64,000 nt of DNA from Nageia nagi. Lineage: Eukaryota > Plantae > Pinophyta. The DNA lies in assembly GCA_050084985.1 (NCBI GenBank), contig JBITNC010000001.1:140740001-140804000 (forward strand). Direction: 5' to 3'. Positions within the stretch are counted from its first letter, which is position 1, and each line of letters begins with the position of its first letter. Positions 50,446-60,747 of this stretch are shown piece after piece. The notes beneath the pieces were generated by a model. That model saw only the letters and a list, made by a program, of their open reading frames with translations, searched no databases and had not been told where the DNA came from. Both the position numbers and the translations under genes were made by a program.

Positions 50446-52779
50446 GGGAAATCCAATTTTGTACAAGTTTCATGTTTTAAGTTTTTGAAAAAAAGTGGAT
50501 TTACTCCCTCAAAATCACAAAAATTGGATCAGCCAATGGGAGAGCATGAAAATTTTCCAAATTTTTCAAAATGATCAAAATCAAAATTGGAGAGAAAGGT
50601 AGGTGGCAAATCCAAAGATGATCAACATTGCCTCTTGCAAGTTTTCAAAAAACTCAAGATTTGCCTTCCAAAGAGTTAGGGGGGAGTTTTGAAAGTTTTG
50701 GGCCATTTCACCAAAGTTCCAAACATGCCCAAAACCTTCAAAACCTGTGCCAAGCATTAAGGGGGCTTAAAAGTTGTCAAAAGTGGAATTTGTGAGCTTC
50801 ATGGGGTGCAAAATTCAATTTTACACCATTTTGGTCTTCCAAGTTCATGATTTGGACAAGAAAAACTTCTCCAATCATTGATTTGCCCTCCAAAATGGAG
50901 AAAATCACAAAAAAAAAAAGTAAAAAAAAAAGAGAAAACTTCAAAATTTCAAAATTGTGTCTCAAGATCCAAAATTTTAGAAATCAATTTTGATGATTGA
51001 TTTGAGTACCCATTTGCCTTGTGAAGAAAATTGATTTGGATCCAAAAAAGTGAAGAAAAACACAAAAAATTCTCAATATCCAAGATCTAAAAGTTGAATA
51101 TCTTCACTTTTTCAAAAAAAAAAAAAAAATGAAAAAAAATAAAAATTGGAGATCATGTGTAGAATAAGGATTCAAACACTTTGGCCTTTGAAATTTTTGA
51201 AGAAAGAGGAAAATCATGCCCATTATGCCTAGGCGCTCATTTTCCAAGTTTTCCCACCTTTGGCCTCTCTTCTCAATATTGAGAATGAGTCGAAAACTCC
51301 AAAAATGCAAAAACACCTTATGGAGCCTCCAAAATGCCCCCTCATGAAAAAGCCCCAAATCCAATGCATAAAAGCTTCAAATCCTCTCAAAACTTCCCAA
51401 AAACCTTAAAATCCCATCCTTCATCCATCCATGGGATCAAATCCACTTTTTAATTTTTTTCCAAATTTCAAACCCCACCATCTTTTTCGAAAAATAGTCC
51501 AAAAATTCACTTTTTCAGAAAATTTGCTCAAAATTCCTTCGAAATTTGCCAGAATGATTACATCAAGGGCAAATCCAGATTGAAGAAAGGAGCTCAAAAG
51601 ATTGATGAACACATCTAGAATGACGATTTGAAGCTCCAAATTTTGCCAAATTGATGCAAAATGCCTCGAAATCCATGCTAGAGGGCATCAATTTTTGTAA
51701 ATAATTTATTTCAAGCATATTTTAGTGGGATGAGTATTGTTCTCCCACTAAACTATATTGTAATCTCAATTTAGCATTTAAATTAGCGTTTTAGTGTATT
51801 TCTAAAAATTTGGGCAACGCTTGAAAATTTGACCTAATTTCGGCTATAAATAAGACGCATGGGGTCTCATTTTCACTAGAGCTCATTTTGTAAAAAAAAA
51901 AGTGAAGCTTTTGTAAGAGTGGAGCAAATTGATGCATCCTTACACAACTCTTTTACAAGTTAATACATAGTGGTTAAGGCAAAGATCGAGCTTGTTTATC
52001 CATTTGTGGTGTTGTGAATTGTTCTTTAAGGATTATCATCGTTCGTTTGACACTTTTGCATCCTTCCTTTGAAAACTCGGGAGTTTTAGGGAAAGTATCA
52101 TTGCTTTATTTTTCTAAAGTGTTGGAAACCAGTCTTTGATAGTTGCTTGGTTCATAGCATGCATGTAGATGAGGTATTCTGAATTTGTTTCCTATTTTAT
52201 GACATCAAACTAGAGGTTTACATCCAAACTCTTGTTCTTCCCACATTCTTCCACCACGTCCATTTGGTTGCATTGGTCCTACTTGCAGAGTACCGACAAT
52301 CGACATTCCTACTTGCTCCTCTTTGGAACAACTTGAACATAGTTGTTCGCAAAGCTAGATGAATTGGATGAAATCCCTAAGCTGATCCAAAAAGGATGAA
52401 CTTTTTAGACAATACTTTATCATGGTGACCAGTTTGGTATCTGACCAAGTATCCGTTTCTGTTTCACAAGTGCAATCTCTCACTTTCTAGTATTTTCTTT
52501 ATGTTTTATTTATGCTTTCAAACCCAAATACAATCGTTAAGTCCACACACAGATATTTCGAATAAACTATATACATCAAATAAAACAACATCGGTTAACA
52601 GATTGCTACCTCTCATTCCATTCCATTGAGGCTGATTCCAAAGAGGGATACCGCACTTTCTTTTATCTATCCTTAGACGAGAAACACGCTTGGTGGGCAT
52701 ACCTTAAACGTCATAATGTTGGGTCGCTGAGTAAGGTGTTTCGACAAGAGCCTTGGAGGTAAAAAGTCCTTTTCAAACA
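50446..52779 (+). mobile_element. 3' part of a long Gypsy-type LTR fused to truncated Copia B
   Basis: Abrupt switch to A-rich non-coding repeat at 50446; TATA-like CTATAAATA ~51844; LTR-like end ..AAGTCCTTTTCAAACA at 52779; no TSD. Confidence 0.6.
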
Positions 52780-54585
52780 GGGGAATTGGTAATGCATTCC
52801 TGAATATGTTGCTTGGGATCTCTTGAGTTCTGTGCGCGATTTTCAGAGGGCCAACATGATGTCTGAAGTTTTTTTTTCAAGGAACCTAGAGCACAAATAG
52901 GATGGCAAAATCGGAACAGTTCCTCTTGTTTTCCATTTATATTCAAGAAGGAATATTTGTTCTAACTTGATCACCTAAACTTGAATCAGGCTGAAATTTC
53001 AGGTTTATCCTCTTTGTGGATGTCCCTGTGCAATGTATTAGTACCTAATAAAGAATCGGGCAAAAGTTCAAATTTGCATCAGGGTCATCTTAGCTTCTTT
53101 ATCTCACTAGATGATAAGACGATTATGACTTCAATACCTTTACGTGCATGCAAGAATAAAAAAATAACTGGCAATTTATATTACGCATCTTACTATTATG
53201 CAATTTATATTACGCATCTTACAATTTAGGAAACAAAAACGGTTGATCGAAAGCTATACTTTAAATAGATTTATTGTGAAATATTCCATTATGCAGTGAA
53301 TTGTGGCAGCACAGAATGGTAATAAGTGCATGACTGACCAATTCTGGTAAATGATAATAAGTGAAATCAGATGTTGTACACGTAATCTCAAGAGAGGCTT
53401 CTATAAAAATATAAATTTGTTTTCCATTTACATAGAGATCTTGAAGTTCTATCTAACTCGAAAGGCAGTTACTTTAATGACCTACATCTAGAAGATATCA
53501 AAATCACTTTAATTGTCTTTACCATTTGGATCATACACATTTCCCACAAGTGATTGAAACATTCCAGAGTCTAAGTTATTAGCTTCGTGGATTCTAATAG
53601 GAATCTGAATATCTGGATCATGTGATCCTTGATACGAGAGGGCCAAATGGCCTAAAACTATCTGAGTTTGCAGTGTTTTTTGTTCTAAAATTTACGATTG
53701 TGGTTGACATTACTTTTGAATTGCTTGCCTTCCTGTTCTGGCATCTCATTACACTTTTCTTAGAGTTGTGGAGGACATTGAGACATTTGGTTTTCTCTTT
53801 CGCATGTGTAGGCTCTGACCCATCTCTGTCATCTTGGAAGAGCTATCTCTAAGATCTTGTTTGTCCATTTTCAACTCACATGTTGACTATGTTCTGAAAA
53901 CATCCAACTCAGTTCTTTGTGGTGCTCAAGCTCTCTTTTAGAAAATCACCTTCCAGTTGCAATCAATAAATTGAGTTTCTTGCACAGTGGACTTGATTAA
54001 GCCTTAGGGATATCTATTTTGATGAGTAACTGGTATTCTCTGACCTTATGGTAAGGGCTTTGACAGAGAAATAGTATACAGGATATTTGAGTAAGAGCAA
54101 GAGCACAAGCTGTATAGAAGGCTCTTATGTTTTCATCAGATCTCAACAATCTAAAAAACTAAATTATACGTTTTCTAGGTCCACCATAAGAAAATCAAAT
54201 ACGTAATTCTGTGAGTAGAAGAGTCATGAAAGTAAGTGCACAAAAAATCATTTTGAGCTTTTGTGAAGTAATTACTTTTGTGTTAAATCCCCATTTCACG
54301 CATTAAGTGTTTCTGTTACAATATATTTTATAAAAATATGAGTATTGACCAGGCCTTAATAGATGTACACATTGGAAGTTGGAAATGTTTGTAGGATTAC
54401 ATGCAAGTAATTTGTGAACTTTTTACAGCTGGTATATAATCTTAACTTGTGTCGATGCCTAGGATATTGTGTTAGATAGTGTGAGATTCTTTGCTAGATA
54501 GTTTCTTATTTTCTTTTTAATGACAATGATAAAACTTGATGGCAAACAGAGAGCTGCGTTGACTTCTCCGCTGCCATACTTTCAG

Positions 54586-54678
54586 GAATAAGGTGACTGT
54601 ATGCTTTGATTCTCTCCGTGACCGTTGTTTACGAGGCATTAGTTGTCGCTACTATCATCCTTCTTCACAGATTCGGGT
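54586..54678 (+). CDS. Muscleblind-like gene exon 2 (ZF2)
   Basis: TTTCAG|G..GT|GTAAGT; encodes NKVTVCFDSLRDRCLRGISCRYYHPSSQIR (cf. MBNL [22 protein letters not shown]). Confidence 0.92.
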
Positions 54679-54927
54679 GTAAGTTTTTTGTTTGATATAT
54701 CGGAATTGACATTACAATTATTGTCTTGTAAACTGTTTATGCTTTTAAAGTTCCAACACTTAAGCTTGAGTAATTAATGATAAAATAACATACAAAATCA
54801 TATAGTTCTGAGAGGAGTGGGAGAAGAATTGTTGGTTAAATCACAAGATTATTTATTTTTTCTTTAGGTGACCTTTAAATTCTTTAATGTCCAAAATAAA
54901 TAAACTTTTTACTCTCTATCTTTTCAG

Positions 54928-54991
54928 GTCATTGCAAGAAGCAGCTGGCATCCAACCATCAGCTGTTCATTTAGGCTATCAAGTTGATGTG
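54928..54991 (+). CDS. Muscleblind-like gene exon 3
   Basis: TTTTCAG|G..GTG|GTAAAT; phase-compatible, (V)SLQEAAGIQPSAVHLGYQVDV. Confidence 0.85.
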
Positions 54992-55133
54992 GTAAATCTT
55001 TCCATTGTTGTACTTTAAAGTCAATCTAGAAAAAGGATGAAATTGATTTCCATTTATTGGTCCATAACATATTCCTTAACCAACATTGGAAGAACCATGG
55101 ATGATATATTCTTTTGTTTTGTTTGTTTTCCAG

Positions 55134-55238
55134 ATCAGGCCATCAAATTTGTTCTTTGTGCCTCCTGGATTGCCACATCCGTTATCAGTTTTGACATCTT
55201 CATCTTCTTTGAAGACTTCAACCAAGCTTGCAATTGAG
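55134..55238 (+). CDS. Muscleblind-like gene exon 4 (linker)
   Basis: TTTTCCAG|ATC..GAG|GTACAT; 35 codons IRPSNLFFVPPGLPHP..TKLAIE. Confidence 0.85.
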
Positions 55239-55433
55239 GTACATTTTGTATGCTAAGGTACATGTTTTTTTCATTAATGTGAAGCTAAGGATGCTTGAAT
55301 TCAATATTTGAGTTGTACTTGCACTTCATAGATATTCTCATAAGCCATGTAAAAAATATGTTGGGATTATCTCATAAAAAGTACACAATGCCAATATAAA
55401 TAAAGAACATGAACTATACTATATTGGGCAGTT

Positions 55434-55630
55434 TTTTTTTTTTTTTTTTTATTATGGTAGAGAAGGGCTTTTGAAAGGATTCCCGCACCTTTTTACATTT
55501 AGTGTGTTGACAGTTGGTGCATATATCTGTTTGTAGAGCGTCGGACTTGTACCTAGGACTCCATTTACAACAGCTGGGAGTTTCCACACCTAAGGTTCAC
55601 CAACTCCCCTAACAAGTGTAGATCTCATAG
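55434..55630 (-). mobile_element. tRNA-derived SINE in intron 4
   Basis: T19 tail 55432-50; TSD GGGCAGTT on both sides; minus-strand B-box-like GGTACAAGTCC; ~200 bp. Confidence 0.7.
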
Positions 55631-57856
55631 GGGCAGTTCAACTTCAGAAAACATACACATTTTCTTCCATATTGGACTTTTTCCACAAGTCTCAAAGTGC
55701 AACTGATCAATCTATACAGTATAGTCACTCATTCAAAGTTATAATTAAGATCTCTTGTTATTCTTTTCCCAACTCATACTGTTATTGCCAATCTAAGTTG
55801 CCAACGACCTTATTCATCAGCATTTTTTTATCATTATTAATTATCTTGGTACTTCTCAAGCTGGTCCCTCACTTGGGACTCCTGATGAAGTTATTCTGCC
55901 GTCAGTCTTGTTAGAGTTGACAAGATTATATAATTGCTGTGGCTTGCAATTAGTCTTCATAATATTAGTTACTAATATTGTATCATATTTGACCTTCTTT
56001 TGTTAGTAATAATTAATTGATTGGATAGACCATAGATCTTCAATCTTGATGATATTATGAAAATATACTAATAATGGATTGAGCAGTTATCAATATTTAA
56101 GTTGCTTGATTGAATTTTAGCATGAACTGTAGAGAGGAGGATTTGTTTATGCTAGTGCCATTTACTTTCTTCTCCAATCTGCTGTTTCTTTGCTAGAGAT
56201 CATCCTTCTCAGTACCTGAATACATTCATGGCATAGAACTACAATAAGGATATGTATTTAATAAGCATTGCAATCCTACTCAAGAACTATATAAATGTAT
56301 TCAAAATCCCCTTTAATGCTCCCGGGGATAACTGGAGTATAACCATCACCAAATTTATTGAGGCACCTCCTTAACAGGGACCATGTTATATACCTACCTT
56401 CTCTACCCCTCTCGCTTTATTTCTCTTTCATCTACTTTCTCATCTTATGTTTACTTGCATCTCTTTTTTAGTCTGTATCCTTAACTGCTTATGGAGGAGT
56501 GCTCACCTAAAATATTTGGTGCTTTTCTTACATGTGTTGTACTTGTATGAGTATCCAAAGTCCTTTGATATGGGCACCTTTGGTACTTCTCAATGTGTCT
56601 ATTTTTTCTTGTGCTTCGATGTATCCTGGATGTAACATTGCAATATCTGGGATGGATACAGGTATAACATGGCAATTTCAGTACATATTCCAATATGCCA
56701 GTGCTCATTACTATAGAATGGATCATTATTTTGCCTGTCTTCTTGAGTTATTATGGCAATTTCATCTTTTGCCTATTGTTTGAATAAATGGAAGTATTCA
56801 AGACTTGAAGTTGACAAGATAGATTATGATCTACTAACACTGATATGAATCACTAGACGATATCTGGCTGTAGTCTCGATTGTGTCCTAAGTGGGCAATT
56901 TCAGTTGAAAGTTAAGGTAATTAATGTTGTTGGAAATATTTTAATTGCTAGAGTTGGTTTCCTGGAACAGAATGCTTTAAGATGCTTCTATCACAAATCT
57001 TACTTAAAAAATCCAATTCTGTTAATTGATTCTCATGCAAGGCTACCTTTAGAAGTTGTAATGACAGGCTTATAATACTATCCACTAGAGCGAGGCTAAG
57101 TATATGTATGTTATTTCTTCTTTACTGGATGTGTCCTTAGTGAAGGAAGGTGAATGCTATGCTGATTATTGATTGGACGGATATATTTATATCCATATCA
57201 GGAGCTGTCTCAGATTAATATCAATTAGATATATGTACGTTTTCATGCATATGTTTATATATGCATACATTTGTGAATATGTATCCTAACACGGAAGAAC
57301 ATTTACATGTAAAAACGGATCCATATCAAATCCCAGAGGTCCTTGAAAACTGCTATATCCACATCATTATCTGTCTCCATAACCTGGTAATTAAGGACTG
57401 TACTAAATTACTAGGTTTTTTATGTAACTTTGAATTATAAAAATGACTCAAGCTAGCCTTGTTAGGAATCCTCAAGTTGTGTTTATTTAAAATTGTTAAT
57501 TATGGTGGGATGAACTTTCTTTTTTCTGTTTTGTAATAATATGTTATCAATTTCTTTATCCATAATACAATCCAGGTGCATGACGTAGCATCCTTAATAT
57601 GGCATGTCCCCTACATTTCACGGTTGGAAATATTTTTTGACATTCCCCTGTACCTGAAACAAATGCATGTAGAAACTATATTTTAGATTCTCGGTGATGC
57701 ATCCTTTGAAATATTACTTTGAGTTGGCCATGTATAGTATGTAGTATACATAACTATATGTACAACAAGGGATATGTTGTGCTTGTAAATTTCGATATCT
57801 TATTAAATGTTTTTTTGTGCTTTGATCTGATATTTTGTTGTTTTTGTGTCTTTCAG

Positions 57857-57955
57857 GTTTGTAGGGATTATGTATGGGGGCATTGTGCAAGAGAACTAGA
57901 TGAATGCTGCTATGCTCATCATTCCCCAACTCCCGGGCAAGGAGACTATGCACTT
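57857..57955 (+). CDS. Muscleblind-like gene exon 5 (ZF3)
   Basis: TTTCAG|GTT..CTT|GTGGGT; VCRDYVWGHCARELDECCYAHHSPTPGQGDYAL (C-x7-C-x6-C-x3-H). Confidence 0.9.
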
Positions 57956-58891
57956 GTGGGTTTTCAACCTTTAAAATTACTTGAGATTTGCAGGTTTTGC
58001 ACTGTTTGTGGATCTTGTCATAGTGTTCTTGTTTTCTATTACCCTTTATTGAACAGCATAAAATACAAGCATATCAACCATTGTCTCTACATGTTAATTT
58101 ACTCTGTAAATTATTGTTGTTGCATAGCTTGGATACTACAAACATGTGGCATACACATGCTAAGAATGGGCATTTCAGTTTATAGCTGGGCAACTGTCTT
58201 AGTTCAACTTTTACAAAAACATTCTTCTCTATATTAAGTGTCAATATGTTTCTGCCAACTGTGACATCATGGATCTTCTTCCACTAAGGTTGCTTATTTT
58301 TGACCTGCCTCTGAATAGCAACTTTGAACTTACTAGTAACAGGGATAGCATTCTCTGTTTTTTGTTATTCTGAGTCTTCTTATTTTATGCTTTTGACAGA
58401 AATCAATCACAATGCTGCCTGAAGCTGTTATTTGGCTTCTTTGTATATTGTAGTATTCTATATGCTGCGAAGCACTATCAGAATCTTCGATGACAACCAA
58501 AATACGTAGAGTGATATTTGGGTGATTTATAGTCCATATAAAAATGTAAGTGTTTGTATTTTTCTGAAAGTTTGACTTCATAGTGAAGCTTACTAATCTT
58601 GTTATAATGCTCTTTGGCTTCAATAGAACACGTGAAAGCTTTTAAAAGGCACAAAAATTGGAATAAGTAAAATAGCTAGTGTGATTTCTTTGTTAAATCT
58701 GGTGTAGAAACTCTAATGGTCTTTTAAGAATGACTGGCCTGCAAGCTCTTTAGACCATTGCAAGGGCTCTTTTGAGTGCAAATGGTTTGGAAATGTTAGA
58801 AGGATTTAAATTTGACATGGTTGTAACTGATTTCTCACCAAGTCATTCAATAGAATGTTTTTTCTGATTCAGTTCTCTATTCAATTTGAAG

Positions 58892-58981
58892 GTCTGCAAT
58901 GATCACTTACGTGGAAAGTGTGAGCGGGATTCTTGTCGATATTTCCATACCCCAGAGCATTTAAGATCTCGCATTAGACAT
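58892..58981 (+). CDS. Muscleblind-like gene exon 6 (ZF4)
   Basis: TTGAAG|GTC..CAT|GTAAGT; VCNDHLRGKCERDSCRYFHTPEHLRSRIRH (cf. MBNL [28 protein letters not shown]). Confidence 0.92.
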
Positions 58982-59125
58982 GTAAGTATTCTGTTTTACT
59001 GTTCTACTTTGCTTTAAACTATGGCTGTGTTGTATATGTTTTGTAACTTAAAATACATGAAAATGCCATTCTGGTTATGCATATTTTGAGATTTGTTCTT
59101 GATTTTCAAAGGGGATTATATTCAG

Positions 59126-59221
59126 GTCACTGTTGGACCTGCTGCCACAATCAACTCTATTCATTGCAATTCCAGCGGAGATGCTGCTTATACATTTCGG
59201 CTGATTTCTTATGATAAACAG
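59126..59221 (+). CDS. Muscleblind-like gene exon 7
   Basis: TTCAG|GTC..CAG|GTTGAG; 32 open codons VTVGPAATINSIH..YDKQ. Confidence 0.75.
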
Positions 59222-59600
59222 GTTGAGTTCTTCCAAATTATTGAAGACTTCAATGCAATTGTGTTTAATTGAGAATAACTTTGATGCTATAATTCTGTAA
59301 TATGTTTATTGTTGACAATTTACAATGGTCAATCCTGTAGTTTCCAGAATGTACTGAACATGTTTTGTTAAAAGTAGATTGTCATCTATAACATAGAATT
59401 AGGAAAGTGTTAACGTGGTGTTTTGGCGCTGAGCTGCAAAAGATTGAACCTGTTTGTGCTTCAAGTTAAGTCTCAAGGGAAATAGCTTGGTTTGAACTTG
59501 ATGCAGTTACTAAATTTTGGTATAGGAAGGAGTCTTTTAAGTCTTTTTCCTCAATTTTATGCTTCTGATAACATGCAACCTACATTTTTGGTTTCTACAG

Positions 59601-59666
59601 TCTGTGAAACGAATTAGGACTAGAGACAATGCTGGTGATCATTTGTCAAGAGTACTGGCTTATCAT
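59601..59666 (+). CDS. Muscleblind-like gene exon 8 (donor uncertain: 59652, 59667 or 59676)
   Basis: TTTCTACAG|TCT; SVKRIRTRDNAGDHLSR(VLAYH); three in-phase GT donors. Confidence 0.6.
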
Positions 59667-59837
59667 GTGAAAAAAGTGATTTTATCTGCATCAATTTGTT
59701 TGAATCTAGGATTCTCATTATGTTTTTTGTGGGTTTCTTTGGCTTACTGAGGCTTCGTCAACAATATACATTTATGCATGTTTTCTAAGCTGCATTTTAC
59801 ATATTTAATTTTTGATTATTTCAGTCTTTATTTTCAG

Positions 59838-59925
59838 CAATATGGAGCACCAAGTTTTCAAGTTCCAGCAATTCATGGGCCACCTTTGGTGCAAGCTCCA
59901 CTTTTGCGGTCCCCAGATGTTGCGG
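59838..59925 (+). CDS. Muscleblind-like gene exon 9 (Pro/Gln-rich)
   Basis: TTTTCAG|CAA..G|GTAAAT; QYGAPSFQVPAIHGPPLVQAPLLRSPDVA. Confidence 0.7.
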
Positions 59926-60627
59926 GTAAATAAGATTTCCTTATTGATTTAAAAAGTACTTAATAAAACTTCTTTATATTAGATTGTGGATTACTTTTTC
60001 ATGGTGGATGTTTAATTGTCACTGCAAAGGTGAATGACATTTCTCTAATTTTGATCGTCACACATAATCTTTTCATTCTACCGAACTTTCTTGCTAGGAA
60101 CATGAAATGAATCCAAAGTAGGTTTGGAGTTATACCATGCACATCAGGGCTGGTGAATTAAGTGGGAATGAGATTTGATATGGCAATCTTGGTTTCAGCA
60201 ATCTTGGTTTCATATGATGGGGTGTGTAAAAAAGTCGCATATGTAACAATTCATTTTGAAAGTTTGTATGACGGATCTTCTTTGTTTATAGATTACGTAT
60301 GGGGTGTGTAAAATTTATTTTGAAAGCTTCTATGAAGGATCTTCTTTGTTTATAGATTATGGTAAGATGACATAGGTTTTATAATAGACTGAAGACATCA
60401 ATAAATCATGCAGCTATATCGTATAATACAATTTTTTTACCAATTCTATCATCATATAAAATTATGATTGCCCAAATTCTCTATGCTTTTAACCTTCTAA
60501 TTTCAAAAATATTATATCAAAATGGAAGAATAATGGTAACTACAAGGGATGATAAGCACATGAGGTATGTGGACATTATGTATGATGGAATGTCATGATC
60601 ATTATTTCATTTTGTCATTTGTCTCAG

Positions 60628-60665
60628 GTTGTCCCCCAATCAATCTTAAAAGGGGGCCTTTTTGA
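60628..60665 (+). CDS. Muscleblind-like gene probable last coding exon
   Basis: TTTGTCTCAG|GT, phase-1 compatible, (G)CPPINLKRGPF-TGA. Confidence 0.55.
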
Positions 60666-60747
60666 ATGTCTTTTGTATATGGTATGTCTAAATTTTTCTC
60701 ATGGAAAACCTTTGTACGAATCCAATGTAGATGCTTTGAGAAGGCAA

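Larger units (their letters stand above)
13366..54585 (+). other. 41,220-nt predicted GC-AG intron 1 filled with nested TEs
   Basis: Joining CA(13364-65)+G(54586) restores Q and gives a 14-aa ZF1-ZF2 linker equal to MBNL spacing; acceptor TTTCAG at 54580-85. Confidence 0.72.

Noticed and set aside
57719-58237. 172-aa Cys-rich ORF as a standalone gene
   Set aside because: Only 57857-57955 is coding (splice-site bounded ZF3); flanks are U-rich intron that happens to be open.
59112-59204. Upstream AAG acceptor for exon 7
   Set aside because: Shifts frame and reaches TGA; the TTCAG acceptor at 59125 keeps the frame.
60183-60363. Short tandem duplications (15 bp and ~60-80 bp) in the last intron
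   Set aside because: Ordinary slippage-type duplications with no evidence of function.
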